Below, piece by piece: positions 1 to 8,860 of a DNA stretch of 32,000 nt (positions within the stretch are counted from its first letter, which is position 1; every line of letters begins with the position of its first letter). Both the position numbers and the translations under genes were made by a program. The notes below the pieces were generated by a model that did no database searches, was not told the DNA's origin, and saw nothing but the letters and a program-made list of their open reading frames with translations. This stretch comes from Kineococcus radiotolerans SRS30216 = ATCC BAA-149 (GTDB lineage Bacteria > Actinomycetota > Actinomycetes > Actinomycetales > Kineococcaceae): positions 3,930,001-3,962,000 of the forward strand of contig NC_009664.2 of assembly GCF_000017305.1 (NCBI RefSeq), written 5' to 3'.

Positions 1-456
1 GGCGTCGTCGTCGTCCCGCTCGTCCTGGTGGGCCCGCGGCTGCTGCAGGAGTGGCTGCCGGAGCACCTGCGGGTGCTCTCGCAGCTGTACTGGCCGGTGG
101 TGCTGGTGCTCTCGGTGTCCTGCGTGACCACGCTGTACCACCTCGCCACCCCCGTCCGCTCGCGCTGGTGGCGCGACGTGCCGGGCGCGCTGCTGGCGCT
201 GCTGGGGTGGTTCGTGGTCTCCGCGGTGCTGCGCTGGTCGCTGTCGCTGTCCGTGGCGGGCCCCTCGACGTCGATCTACGGTCCGCTCGCGGCCCCCATC
301 GTCGTCCTCGTCTGGTTCTACTTCCTCGCCATCGCCGTCCTGATCGGGGCGGCGCTGAACTCGGCCGTGGACCGGGTGTGGCCGGACCCGGGCCGGGCCG
401 CGGCCCGCGAGGCCGCCCGGGTCCAGGCGGCCGAGCGCCGCCGCTGGGTGCCCTGA
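1..456 (+). CDS. YihY/BrkB family membrane protein, C-terminal part (5' end outside window)
   Basis: The frame is open from the window edge, so the Met at 28 is internal. The hydrophobic tail LYWPVVLVL...IYGPLAAPIVVLVWFYFLAIAVLIGAALN is typical of the YihY/BrkB multi-TM family. Stop TGA at 454-456. Confidence 0.7.
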   Translation, partial: GVVVVPLVLVGPRLLQEWLPEHLRVLSQLYWPVVLVLSVSCVTTLYHLATPVRSRWWRDVPGALLALLGWFVVSAVLRWSLSLSVAGPSTSIYGPLAAPIVVLVWFYFLAIAVLIGAALNSAVDRVWPDPGRAAAREAARVQAAERRRWVP

Positions 457-475
457 CCCGCCCGGTCCGCCTCCC

Positions 476-1657
476 GTGGGGAAGACTGGGCCCGTGGACC
501 AGCCCGCCCAGCACCCCGCCCGCCGGCTCCTCTCCGCCGGCACCCGCCGCGCCCGGGACGTCGCGGCCCGCGCGCGGCTGCAGACCCACCGCCTCGCCGG
601 CTACCGCCCCCGCAGCGAGCTCGTGCTGCCCGCCACGGAGGTGCCCCGGGCCGCGGTCCCCGCCGTGGACGTCCACAACCACCTCGGCCGCTGGCTCACC
701 GGGGGGCACGCCTGGCTGGCCCCCGACGTCCCCGCGCTGCTGGCGCGCATGGACGAGCTGAACATCGCCGCGATCGTCAACCTCGACGGCCGCGTCGGGG
801 ACCTCGAGGCCAACCTCGACCGCTACGACCGGGCCCACCCGGGGCGCTTCGCGACCTTCGCCCACGTCGAGTGGCACCGCGTGGCGGAGGGGCCCGCCGG
901 CACCGCGACCCTCGTGCGCCAGGTCGAGGCCGCCGCCCGCGCCGGCGCGGCGGGGCTGAAGGTGTGGAAGGACCTCGGGCTGCTGGTGCGCGACGAGCGC
1001 GGGGCGCTCGTGCGCCCCGACGACCCGCGCCTGGGCGACGTGTTCGACGCCGCCGGCGAGGCGGGGCTGCCCGTCCTGGTCCACATCGGCGACCCGCCGG
1101 CGTTCTTCCGGCCCGTCGACCGCTTCAACGAGCGGCTCGAGGAGCTCACCGTGCACCCGGACTGGAGCTGGCACGGGCGGGGGGTGCCCACCCACGCCCA
1201 GCTGCAGGACGCCTTCGACGCCCTCGTGGGGGCGCACCCGGGGACGACGTTCATCGGCGCCCACGTCGCGGGCTGGGCCGAGAACCTCCAGTGGGTCGGC
1301 GACGCCCTCGACCGCCACCCCAACCTCGTCGTCGACACCGGGGCCCGGCTGGCCGAGCTCGGCCGTCAGCCCCGCGCCGCCGCCGCGTTCATCGCCCGCC
1401 ACCCCGACCGCGTGCTCTGGGGCAGCGACAGCTTCCCCTTCGACCCCGACGCCGTCGCCCGGTGGTTCCGGGTGCTCGAGACCGCCGACGAGGCCTTCGA
1501 CTACGGCCCGGTGCCCGACCAGGGGCGCTGGACGGTCTCGGGCCTCGACCTCCCGCCCGAGCTGCTGCGGGCCGTGTACGCCGACAACGCCCGCCGCGTG
1601 GTCCCGGCGCTCGCGGGGCCGCCGCGAGCGCCGGAGCGGGATCAGGCGGCGCTGTAG
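476..1657 (+). CDS. amidohydrolase family protein (metal-dependent TIM-barrel hydrolase, Amidohydro_2-like)
   Basis: 393-aa ORF with a GTG start. It has the metal-binding motif VDVHNHLG near the N-terminus, an internal HIGD, and GSDSFPF near the C-terminus. GC3 is high in this frame. The exact start is uncertain. Confidence 0.75.
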   Translation: MGKTGPVDQPAQHPARRLLSAGTRRARDVAARARLQTHRLAGYRPRSELVLPATEVPRAAVPAVDVHNHLGRWLTGGHAWLAPDVPALLARMDELNIAAIVNLDGRVGDLEANLDRYDRAHPGRFATFAHVEWHRVAEGPAGTATLVRQVEAAARAGAAGLKVWKDLGLLVRDERGALVRPDDPRLGDVFDAAGEAGLPVLVHIGDPPAFFRPVDRFNERLEELTVHPDWSWHGRGVPTHAQLQDAFDALVGAHPGTTFIGAHVAGWAENLQWVGDALDRHPNLVVDTGARLAELGRQPRAAAAFIARHPDRVLWGSDSFPFDPDAVARWFRVLETADEAFDYGPVPDQGRWTVSGLDLPPELLRAVYADNARRVVPALAGPPRAPERDQAAL

Positions 1658-2853
1658 TCCAGCGCCCGGGCGCGCCCGGGCCCGGGCACCGCGCCGGCGA
1701 GCCGCCGCGGCAGCGGCACCCCGGCGGTGCGGAACAGGATGGCCAGGTGCTCGCGGGCCAGCCGCTGGGGGTCGAACCGGCGGGCGAACTCCGGGCCGCG
1801 GGCGGCGGCCTCCCGCAGCGGCCGCGGGTCGGTGAGGTGCGCCGCGAGGGCCTCGGTGAGCGCCTCGACCGACTCCGGCTCCACCAGCCGCCCCAGCTCG
1901 CCGTCGTCCAGCAGCATGCGGCTGCCCACCGAGCAGTCGGTGGCCACGACCGGCACCGCCAGCGACAGCGCCTCCAGCAGGGTCAGCGGCATCGCTTCCG
2001 TCCGGGAGCTGGAGACGAAGAGGTCGGCCCCGGCCAGCACGGACTCCGGGTGCGCGGTGAAGCCGGGGAAGCTGACGTGGTCGGCCCCCAGCTCCGAGGC
2101 CAGCGCCTCCAGGGCGGCGCGTCCGTCCCCCTCGCCGGCGATGGTCAGCGCGTGGTCCAGGCCGCGCGCGCGCACGGCGGCCGAGGCCCTCAGCAGCAGG
2201 TCGAAGCCCTTGTGCGGGGTCAGCCGGCCCAGGGCGACGACCTGGGGCGCCGCGCCCCGGCCCGCCGGGCGGCGGGCGGCCCGCGCCCGCAGCGCCTCGA
2301 CGTCGACGCCGTTGACGACGACGTGGGTCCGCTCGGGCGACTGGCCGTTGGCCACGATGCCGGGCACGAGGCCGGGGGAGACGCAGACCGTCGCGTCGGC
2401 GTGGGCGTCGGCGAAGCGCGTGGCCCGGCGCAGGTGCGGCGGGACCCAGGCCTCGATGGCCTGGTCGAGGTCGCCCTGGGCGAGCACCACGAAGGGGCGT
2501 CCCGTCACCCGGGCGGCCAGCCACCCGGCCAGCACGCCGTGGCCGATCTCGGACCCGGACACGACGAGGTCGTGGCGACGGGCCTCGCGGACCAGGCGGA
2601 CCAGCTCCCGCGGCAGCCGGCGCGGGGCGGGGGAGCCGGCCCGGGCGCCGAAGACCAGCCGGACGCCGGGGTCGGGGCGGGCGGTGGCCGCGCCGGTCAC
2701 GTCCTCCAGGGCGAACACGGTCGTCTCGACCCCGTCGGCGACGAAGCGGCGCGCGAGGTCGAGCACGACGCGCAGCCCCCCGTTCTCGCGGAGGTGGCCT
2801 TCGACGAACAGGACGCGCAGCGGAGGGGTCGGGAGCGGAGCGGGGACGGGCAT
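1642..2853 (-). CDS. glycosyltransferase family 4 (GT-B fold)
   Basis: 403-aa ORF. N-terminal VLFVEGHLRENGGLRVV and C-terminal SRTEAMPLTLLEALSLAVPVVATD (E-x7-E motif) are typical of GT4. Its 3' end overlaps the amidohydrolase 3' end by 16 bp, convergently. Confidence 0.8.
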   Translation of the reverse strand: MPVPAPLPTPPLRVLFVEGHLRENGGLRVVLDLARRFVADGVETTVFALEDVTGAATARPDPGVRLVFGARAGSPAPRRLPRELVRLVREARRHDLVVSGSEIGHGVLAGWLAARVTGRPFVVLAQGDLDQAIEAWVPPHLRRATRFADAHADATVCVSPGLVPGIVANGQSPERTHVVVNGVDVEALRARAARRPAGRGAAPQVVALGRLTPHKGFDLLLRASAAVRARGLDHALTIAGEGDGRAALEALASELGADHVSFPGFTAHPESVLAGADLFVSSSRTEAMPLTLLEALSLAVPVVATDCSVGSRMLLDDGELGRLVEPESVEALTEALAAHLTDPRPLREAAARGPEFARRFDPQRLAREHLAILFRTAGVPLPRRLAGAVPGPGRARALDYSAA

Positions 2854-2859
2854 GCCGCC

Positions 2860-2865
2860 ACGATA
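2860..2865 (-). promoter_or_regulatory. putative -10 hexamer TATCGT, giving a leaderless transcript for the GT4 gene
   Basis: The minus strand reads cgaccTATCGTggcggcATG. The TANNNT hexamer ends 6 nt before the A of the ATG and there is no Shine-Dalgarno sequence. Confidence 0.3.
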
Positions 2866-3007
2866 GGTCGACCGGTGGGGCGCCGAGGGGGGGTTTCGAC
2901 CGCTCCGGCGGCTCCGTGGGGGTCAGGTCGCCCCGGACGGCGGAGCCCCGCTCCCGAGCGGTGACACCCCGGCGACGGCGCGTCACGGGGTGGCCCCGCG
3001 GGACGAC

Positions 3008-3043
3008 GAAGCGGGCCAGGTCCTGGTGGACCTGGCCCGCTTC
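3008..3043 (-). terminator. perfect 16-bp stem / 4-nt loop hairpin just downstream of tRNA-Val (tRNA operon terminator)
   Basis: gaagcgggccaggtcc tggt ggacctggcccgcttc is a perfect inverted repeat. It starts 3 nt after the tRNA 3' end on the minus strand. No U-tract follows. Confidence 0.55.
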
Positions 3044-3046
3044 GGG

Positions 3047-3121
3047 TGGTGGGCGATACTGGGATCGAACCAGTGACCTCTTCCGTGTCAGGGAAGCGCG
3101 CTACCGCTGCGCCAATCGCCC
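3047..3121 (-). tRNA. tRNA-Val (anticodon GAC), CCA encoded
   Basis: The reverse complement is gggcgattggcgcagcggtagcgcgcttccctGACacggaagaggtcactggttcgatcccagtatcgcccacca. It folds as a cloverleaf with acceptor gggcgat/atcgccc and a T-loop ggttcgatcc. Confidence 0.9.
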
Positions 3122-3155
3122 TCGTTCCCGCCGCCGGGAGCTACCCGGCTGCGAG

Positions 3156-3229
3156 TGGAGGTGGAGACGGGATTCGAACCCGTGTGGACGGCTTTGCAGG
3201 CCGCTGCCTAACCTCTCGGCCACTCCACC
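3156..3229 (-). tRNA. tRNA-Cys (anticodon GCA), CCA encoded
   Basis: The reverse complement is ggtggagtggccgagaggttaggcagcggcctGCAaagccgtccacacgggttcgaatcccgtctccacctcca. Acceptor is ggtggag/ctccacc. Confidence 0.9.
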
Positions 3230-3263
3230 GTAGAGGCTCGCGGCCTCGTGAGCCGAACTTCCG

Positions 3264-3336
3264 AGCGGACGACGAGACTCGAACTCGCGACCCTCACCTT
3301 GGCAAGGTGATGCGCTACCAACTGCGCTACGTCCGC
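3264..3336 (-). tRNA. tRNA-Gly (anticodon GCC), CCA not encoded
   Basis: The reverse complement is gcggacgtagcgcagttggtagcgcatcaccttGCCaaggtgagggtcgcgagttcgagtctcgtcgtccgct. Acceptor is gcggacg/cgtccgc. Confidence 0.9.
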
Positions 3337-3385
3337 ATGCCGTGGTTCTCCTGCCGTTCCCGGCCGGTTCCCCGTGGCGTTGAAA

Positions 3386-3415
3386 ACAGTAGCCGACGTG
3401 GGGCGTCTCGGCCAA
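3386..3415 (-). promoter_or_regulatory. putative sigma-70-type promoter for the Gly-Cys-Val tRNA operon (TTGGCC-N18-TACTGT)
   Basis: The minus strand reads gatTTGGCCgagacgccccacgtcggcTACTGTtttcaacg, about 50 nt upstream of the tRNA-Gly 5' end. This is the least GC-rich patch in the spacer. Confidence 0.25.
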
Positions 3416-3474
3416 ATCCCCCCCGCCCGCGCCCGTGCCCACCCGATCGGCGGCACGCCGCGGGGTGCACGACG

Positions 3475-3518
3475 CGGACGGACCCGCCCCGGCGCCGGTG
3501 CCGGGACGGGTCCGTCCG
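3475..3518 (-). terminator. long GC hairpin downstream of ssgB (factor-independent-type terminator without a U-tract)
   Basis: cggacggacccg (3475-3486) pairs perfectly with cgggtccgtccg (3507-3518). An inner cccggc/gccggg stem surrounds a 6-nt loop. The hairpin starts 22 nt after the ssgB stop. Confidence 0.45.
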
Positions 3519-3540
3519 CAGGTGGTGTCGAGGTCCGCCC

Positions 3541-4038
3541 TCAGGAGACGAGACGGGCGATGAGCTCGTCGAGGTCCAGGTGGCGGGTCTCGCGGCCGGG
3601 GGGGACGAGGGCGTCGGCGCGACGCAGGAAGCGCCGCACGTCGGACTCGTCCGCTTCGAGCTCCGCGTTGCCGTCCGGGGACGACAGGCGCAGCAGGACC
3701 CGGGGACGGCCGTCGGGGGAGTCGGAGCAGGGCTGCACCTGCACGTCGCCGGCGCCGGCGGGTGCGGACAGCCCCTCCCTCAACAGGTCCCGGGCGAAGA
3801 CCCACTCCACGTCCGTGTCGCCGCCGCGGAAGACCGCGTGGATGGCGTACGGGTCGTCAGCTCCGTAGTGGAGGCTGGCGGGGACGGGGAGTCCCGGACC
3901 GCTGGTGGTCCGGAGCCGCAAGGACACGTCGACGTCGACCTCGGTCTTGCGGTGCGGCAGTGCAGGCACGTCGACCTCCGTGTGCTCATGGCCGCTGACG
4001 GGCTCCAGCGACCGTGTCCATGAGTTTCCCACCAACAC
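3541..4038 (-). CDS. ssgB: SsgA-like protein, SsgB-type sporulation/cell-division regulator
   Basis: The translation has the SsgB hallmark blocks LPVPASLHYGADDPYAIHAVF, VEWVFARDLLREGL, GDVQVQP, LSSPDGNAELE and VPPGRETRHLDLDELI. The start is uncertain. In-frame candidates are GTG 4038, TTG 4035, GTG 4032 and GTG 4107. The homology core begins near 3960. Confidence 0.8.
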   Translation of the reverse strand: MLVGNSWTRSLEPVSGHEHTEVDVPALPHRKTEVDVDVSLRLRTTSGPGLPVPASLHYGADDPYAIHAVFRGGDTDVEWVFARDLLREGLSAPAGAGDVQVQPCSDSPDGRPRVLLRLSSPDGNAELEADESDVRRFLRRADALVPPGRETRHLDLDELIARLVS

Positions 4039-4220
4039 CGCTCTTGAAACACCCGAACGGTGCAAGTCGGACGCCGGCGCGCCGCGAACGGTTCCCCGCC
4101 CGTTCACGGCCGCCTGGGGCGGCCGCCGGCCCCGGCGGGTCGTCGCGAAACCTCCACGCGAGCCCGGGAGCTTCCGGGCCCCCTCGGGCGTTGGAGTGCG
4201 CGTAGGCCGCGGACGGAGGG

Positions 4221-4769
4221 GTGACGGTGCAGACGGTGCACGAGCAGCAGCACGACGGTGAGGGTCGCGCGGACCCGGGGTCCCCGGCCGGACCGCGCCC
4301 GGCCCCCGAGCCCGTGGTGACCGGGGTGGACACCGCCCTGAGCCCCCACCAGCACCGGATCCGGCGCGCGCGGGCCGCGCTGCGCGCCCGCCGGGAGCGC
4401 CTCCGCGCCGACGCCCGCAAGAACCGCGTCTACCGCGCCGTCGTGGGGGCGGTGGGGACGTTCGTGGTGCTCCTGGGGCTCCTCCTGGTCCCGCTGCCGG
4501 GGCCGGGCTGGCTGATCGTCTTCCTCGGGCTGGCCGTGCTGGGGACGGAGTTCGCCACCGCGCAGCGGCTCAAGCGCTTCGGGGAGCGGCAGGTGCACCG
4601 GTGGGCGCAGTGGATCGCCGCGCGCTCGCTGGCGCTCCGGGCCGGGCTCGGGGCGGGCACCGCGACCGCCGTCGCGGGCCTGGTCTGGGGCTACCTGGCC
4701 TGGCAGGGGCTGCCGGCCTGGACGCCCGAGGTCGTCACGGCGCAGCTGCAGTGGGTCCCGGGGCTGTGA
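4221..4769 (+). CDS. PGPGW-motif transmembrane protein (TIGR02611-like)
   Basis: 182-aa ORF with a GTG start preceded by ggacggaggg. It contains VPLPGPGWLIVFLGLAVLGTEF, the diagnostic PGPGW membrane hairpin, plus further TM segments. Confidence 0.75.
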   Translation: MTVQTVHEQQHDGEGRADPGSPAGPRPAPEPVVTGVDTALSPHQHRIRRARAALRARRERLRADARKNRVYRAVVGAVGTFVVLLGLLLVPLPGPGWLIVFLGLAVLGTEFATAQRLKRFGERQVHRWAQWIAARSLALRAGLGAGTATAVAGLVWGYLAWQGLPAWTPEVVTAQLQWVPGL

Positions 4770-4876
4770 CGTCCCCGCCGCCGGGCCGCGACCCGGCGGA
4801 GCCGCCGGGCCCGGTCACGAGCACCGGCGGAACCACGGTATGGTTCTCGGGCCGGACGCGCTCAGCGCGACGACCG

Positions 4877-4948
4877 GGGCGATTAGCTCAGTGGTAGAGC
4901 ACTTCGTTCACACCGAAGGGGTCACTGGTTCGAACCCAGTATCGCCCA
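4877..4948 (+). tRNA. tRNA-Val (anticodon CAC), CCA not encoded
   Basis: gggcgattagctcagtggtagagcacttcgttCACaccgaaggggtcactggttcgaacccagtatcgccca. The acceptor and T arm are nearly identical to those of tRNA-Val(GAC) at 3047-3121. Confidence 0.9.
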
Positions 4949-4965
4949 CCCCGCACCATCAGGAC

Positions 4966-5517
4966 ATGACCGTCGTCGGCGTCCTGCGCCAGATCCAGCT
5001 CTTCCCGGTGAAGTCCCTGCCCGGGTCCACCCCGCCCACCGCCGACGTCGGCCCCGACGGGCTGGTGGGGGACCGCCTCAGCGCCGTCGTCGACGGCGAG
5101 GGCGCCGTCCTGCGCGTCAAGCAGCACCCGCGCCTGCGCGAGCTCCGCCTCACCGGCCCCGGCTCCACCCTCGTCGCGACGCCCGACGGCTCCCCCCTGC
5201 CCGACTTCCTCGGCGTCCCCGGCGCCCACCTGGCCGCCGTCGACGGGGGAGCCCGCCAGGTCGCCCCCGTGCACCTGGTCAGCACCGGTCAGCGCCTGGC
5301 CCCGGGGGCGGGGGACTCCTCGCGGGCCAACCTCGTCGTCGACCTCGGCCCCGACGAACCCGCCCCGGACGCGATGGTCGGGGCGCTGTGCTCGATCGGG
5401 GCGGTCGTGCTGCGGCTGGGGGAGCGGCCGCGGCACTGCGCCGGCCTGTTCGCCGCGGTGGTCTCCCCCGGAGCGCTGCGGGTGGGGGACGAGGTCCGGG
5501 TGGGATCACCCGGCTAG
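4966..5517 (+). CDS. MOSC domain-containing protein
   Basis: ATG at 4966 follows aggac. N-terminal [14 protein letters not shown] matches the MOSC N-terminal beta-barrel signature. C-terminal [26 protein letters not shown] carries the conserved Cys and GD motif of MOSC. Confidence 0.7.
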   Translation: MTVVGVLRQIQLFPVKSLPGSTPPTADVGPDGLVGDRLSAVVDGEGAVLRVKQHPRLRELRLTGPGSTLVATPDGSPLPDFLGVPGAHLAAVDGGARQVAPVHLVSTGQRLAPGAGDSSRANLVVDLGPDEPAPDAMVGALCSIGAVVLRLGERPRHCAGLFAAVVSPGALRVGDEVRVGSPG

Positions 5518-5570
5518 AGTCGGCGGGTCCGTCCCCGCGACCCGTCGCACCACACCACCGGAGGCACCCC

Positions 5571-7541
5571 GTGTCGGCCCAGTTGAGCATCACCCGATCC
5601 GGGGCGACCCAGCAGGTGGCCTCCGGCACGACCGCGGGGGAGCTGTTCGCCGAGGACCGCGACGTCGTCGTCGCCCGGGTCAACGGCGAGCTGCGCGACC
5701 TCTCCCACGTCCTCGCCGAGGGCGACGAGGTCGAGGGCGTGCCGATCTCCTCCGAGGACGGTCTCGCGGTGCTGCGGCACTCCGCCGCCCACGTCATGGC
5801 CCAGGCCGTCAAGCAGCACTTCCCCGAGGCCCGGCTGGGCATCGGGCCGCCGATCCGCGACGGCTTCTACTTCGACTTCGACGTCGAGCGCCCCTTCACC
5901 CCCGAGGACCTCAAGGTCGTCGAGAAGACGATGCAGCGCATCGTCAAGGAGGGTCAGCGCTTCGTGCGCCGCGAGGTCTCCGACGACGAGGCCCGGGCCG
6001 AGATGGCCGACGAGCCGTACAAGCTGGAGCTCATCGGGCTGAAGTCCAGCGCCGGGGACGCCGCCGAGGGGGCCTCCGCCGAGGTCGGCGAGGGCGGGCT
6101 GACGATCTACGACAACCTCAAGCGCGACGACGCCGTGGCCTTCCGCGACCTGTGCCGCGGCCCGCACCTGCCGACCACCCGCCTCGTCGGCATCGGGTTC
6201 AGCCTGCTGCGCTCGGCCGCGGCCTACTGGCGCGGCAGCGAGAAGAACCCCCAGCTGCAGCGCATCTACGGGACCGCGTGGCCCAGCAAGGACGAGCTGA
6301 AGGCCTACCAGGAGCGCGTCGCCGAGGCCGAGCGCCGCGACCACCGCCGCCTCGGCGCCGAGCTGGACCTGTTCTCCTTCCCCGACGAGATCGGCTCCGG
6401 CCTCGTCGTCTTCCACCCCAAGGGCGGGGTGGTGAAGCGGGAGATGGAGGACTACGTCCGCCGCCGCCACATCGAGGAGGGGTTCTCCTACGTCGGGACC
6501 CCGCACATCTCCAAGGGCGGCCTGTTCGAGACCTCCGGCCACCTGCCCTACTACGAGGACACGATGTTCCCCGGCATGGAGCTGGAGAACTCGAAGTACT
6601 ACCTCAAGGCCATGAACTGCCCCATGCACAACCTGATCTTCCGCTCGCGCGGGCGGTCCTACCGCGAGCTGCCGCTGCGGTTCTTCGAGTTCGGCTCGGT
6701 CTACCGCTACGAGAAGTCCGGTGTCGTGCACGGGCTCACCCGCGTCCGCGGGCTCACCCAGGACGACTCGCACAGCTACGTGACGCAGGAGCAGGCGCCG
6801 GGGGAGATCAAGCACCTGCTGGACTTCGTCCTCGGGCTGCTCAAGGACTTCGGCCTCGACGACTACTACCTGGAGCTGTCCACCCGCGGGGACTCCGAGA
6901 AGTTCATCGGCTCCGACGAGGAGTGGGCCAGGGCCACGGAGGTCCTGGAGACCGCGGCCCGCGAGACCGGCCTCGACCTGGTCGCCGACCCGGGCGGGGC
7001 GGCGTTCTACGGGCCCAAGATCTCCGTCCAGGCCAAGGACGCCATCGGCCGCACCTGGCAGATGTCGACCATCCAGTACGACTTCAACCAGCCGGCCCGC
7101 TTCGAGCTGGAGTACACCGCCGCCGACGGCACCAAGCAGCGGCCGGTGATGATCCACTCCGCCAAGTTCGGGTCGCTGGAACGGTTCTTCGGGGTCCTGG
7201 TGGAGCACTACGCCGGCGCCTTCCCCCCGTGGCTCGCCCCCGTCCAGGTCGTGGGCATCCCCGTCGCCGACGCCCACGTGCCGCACCTGCAGGACGTGGC
7301 CGCGGCGCTGCGCGCGGCGGGCGTGCGGGTCGAGGTCGACGACACCGACGACCGGATGCCCAAGAAGATCCGCACCTGGACCAAGCAGAAGATCCCGTTC
7401 CTGCTCATCGCCGGGGCCGAGGACGTCGAGAACGGGGCGGTGTCGTTCCGCTTCCGCGACGGCAGCCAGGAGAACGGCGTACCGGTCGACGACGCCGTGG
7501 CGCGCATCGCCGCGGCCGTCCGCGACCGGGTGCAGGTCTGA
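5571..7541 (+). CDS. thrS: threonine--tRNA ligase
   Basis: GTG at 5571 is preceded by ggagg. The protein has a TGS-like N-terminus, the editing-domain [11 protein letters not shown], class II motifs ([46 protein letters not shown]) and an anticodon-binding C-terminus. Confidence 0.95.
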   Translation: MSAQLSITRSGATQQVASGTTAGELFAEDRDVVVARVNGELRDLSHVLAEGDEVEGVPISSEDGLAVLRHSAAHVMAQAVKQHFPEARLGIGPPIRDGFYFDFDVERPFTPEDLKVVEKTMQRIVKEGQRFVRREVSDDEARAEMADEPYKLELIGLKSSAGDAAEGASAEVGEGGLTIYDNLKRDDAVAFRDLCRGPHLPTTRLVGIGFSLLRSAAAYWRGSEKNPQLQRIYGTAWPSKDELKAYQERVAEAERRDHRRLGAELDLFSFPDEIGSGLVVFHPKGGVVKREMEDYVRRRHIEEGFSYVGTPHISKGGLFETSGHLPYYEDTMFPGMELENSKYYLKAMNCPMHNLIFRSRGRSYRELPLRFFEFGSVYRYEKSGVVHGLTRVRGLTQDDSHSYVTQEQAPGEIKHLLDFVLGLLKDFGLDDYYLELSTRGDSEKFIGSDEEWARATEVLETAARETGLDLVADPGGAAFYGPKISVQAKDAIGRTWQMSTIQYDFNQPARFELEYTAADGTKQRPVMIHSAKFGSLERFFGVLVEHYAGAFPPWLAPVQVVGIPVADAHVPHLQDVAAALRAAGVRVEVDDTDDRMPKKIRTWTKQKIPFLLIAGAEDVENGAVSFRFRDGSQENGVPVDDAVARIAAAVRDRVQV

Positions 7542-7542
7542 G

Positions 7543-8097
7543 GTGCCCGACCTCGAGCCGGCCGAGTCCTTCGCGGGGGAACCCGACGGGTTCGGCCGGC
7601 TGTGGACCCCGCACCGGCTGGCCTACGTCCAGGGCGGGGAGAAGCCGGCCGACCACGGCCCGGCCAGCTGCCCCTTCTGCCGCGCGCCGGGCCTGTCCGA
7701 CCCCGAGGGTCTCGTCGTGCACCGCGGGGAGCACGTCTTCGCGGTGCTCAACCTGTTCCCCTACAACCCCGGTCACCTCATGGTCTGCCCCTACCGGCAC
7801 GTGTCGGCCTACGTCGACCTCGACCCGGCCGAGCTGGCCGAGTTCACCGCCTTCACCCGGGCCGCCGTGCTGACCCTGCAGGCCGCCTCCCGCCCCGCGG
7901 GCTTCAACCTCGGCATGAACCAGGGCGCCGTCGCCGGGGCCGGCATCGCCGCCCACCTGCACCAGCACGTCGTCCCCCGGTGGGAGGGCGACGCGAACTT
8001 CCTCCCCGTGGTCGGGCGCACGAAGGCGCTGCCCGAGCTCCTGGAGGACACCCGGGCCCGGCTGGCGGCGGCCTGGACGGGCACGCCCCCGGCCTGA
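7543..8097 (+). CDS. HIT family protein, Ap4A phosphorylase-like (Rv2613c-type)
   Basis: It has the histidine triad AAHLHQHVVPRW and LNLFPYNPGHLMVCPYRH. It sits directly after thrS, as in mycobacteria. Confidence 0.85.
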   Translation: MPDLEPAESFAGEPDGFGRLWTPHRLAYVQGGEKPADHGPASCPFCRAPGLSDPEGLVVHRGEHVFAVLNLFPYNPGHLMVCPYRHVSAYVDLDPAELAEFTAFTRAAVLTLQAASRPAGFNLGMNQGAVAGAGIAAHLHQHVVPRWEGDANFLPVVGRTKALPELLEDTRARLAAAWTGTPPA

Positions 8098-8239
8098 GCC
8101 CCGTCGCGACGACGGCGGCGCGGCCCCCGCCCCGCGCCGCCCACCGTCGCAGCCGCCGCCGTCCCGGCGCGGCCCGCCCGGACCGGGCCCGGCCCCGGCT
8201 ACCCTGAACCCGTCCACGACCCCGACGAACGACGAGACG

Positions 8240-8860
8240 ATGCTCAACAGGTACGCGCGTGCGGTGGTCACGAGGATCTTCACCCCCCTGGCGCGGTTGC
8301 TGCTGCGGCTGGGACTGACCCCCGACGTCGTGACGGTCACCGGCACCCTCGGGGTCGTCGTCAGCGCCCTCGTGCTCTACCCGATGGGACAGCTGTTCTG
8401 GGGCTCCCTGGCGGTGGCGGTGTTCGTCCTGTCCGACATGCTCGACGGGATCATGGCCCGCACCACGGGCCGCTCGGGCTCCTGGGGCGCCTACCTGGAC
8501 TCCACCCTGGACCGCTTCGGCGACAGCGCCGTCTTCGCCGGTCTCGTCGTGTGGTTCGTCCGCGACGGCGACAGCGACCTCACGGCCGGCCTCGCCCTCG
8601 CCTGCCTGGTGCTCGGGAGCATCGTGTCCTACGCCAAGGCCCGCGCCGAGGGCCTCGGCTACACCGCGAACGTCGGCATCGCCGAACGCTCCGACCGCCT
8701 CGTCGCCGTCCTCGTCGGCGCCGCGCTCGTCGGCCTCGGCGTCCCGCTGCCCTTCCTCCAGGTCGTCCTGGGCCTGCTCGCCGCGGCGAGCCTGGTGACC
8801 GTCGTGCAGCGGATGGCCGCGGTGCACCGCCAGGCGCTGGCCCCCGCCGCCGACGCGTGA
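8240..8860 (+). CDS. pgsA: CDP-alcohol phosphatidyltransferase, phosphatidylinositol phosphate synthase type
   Basis: The CDP-alcohol motif DMLDGIMARTTGRSGSWGAYLDSTLDRFGD is present in a multi-TM protein. It lies upstream of the PIM acyltransferase and pimA. Confidence 0.85.
   Translation: MLNRYARAVVTRIFTPLARLLLRLGLTPDVVTVTGTLGVVVSALVLYPMGQLFWGSLAVAVFVLSDMLDGIMARTTGRSGSWGAYLDSTLDRFGDSAVFAGLVVWFVRDGDSDLTAGLALACLVLGSIVSYAKARAEGLGYTANVGIAERSDRLVAVLVGAALVGLGVPLPFLQVVLGLLAAASLVTVVQRMAAVHRQALAPAADA

Noticed and set aside
871-2964. 697-aa plus-strand ORF spanning the amidohydrolase and GT4 region
   Set aside because: It is out of frame with the amidohydrolase and antisense to the GT4 gene. Its composition is RRGGAP-type with no recognisable domain. 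It is a GC artefact.
3046-4023. 325-aa plus-strand ORF covering the three tRNA genes and ssgB antisense
   Set aside because: It reads straight through three tRNA genes and the opposite strand of ssgB. It has no motif.
2854-4965. Integrated mobile element at the tRNA cluster
   Set aside because: No integrase, transposase or direct repeat of a tRNA 3' end was found. The content (ssgB and the PGPGW protein) is, as far as I recall, conserved next to these tRNAs in other actinomycetes.
5518-5570. T-box or other riboswitch leader upstream of thrS, and likewise upstream of aspS at 29838-29907
   Set aside because: The spacers are only 53 and 70 nt. That is far too short for a T-box (about 200 nt or more), and no specifier or terminator architecture is visible.
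5514-7286. 590-aa minus-strand ORF antisense to thrS. The same applies to 17838-20114 antisense to secD and 29728-31491 antisense to aspS.
   Set aside because: The sense frames encode canonical ThrRS, SecD and AspRS. The antisense translations are Gly/Asp/Val/Arg-rich mirror artefacts.
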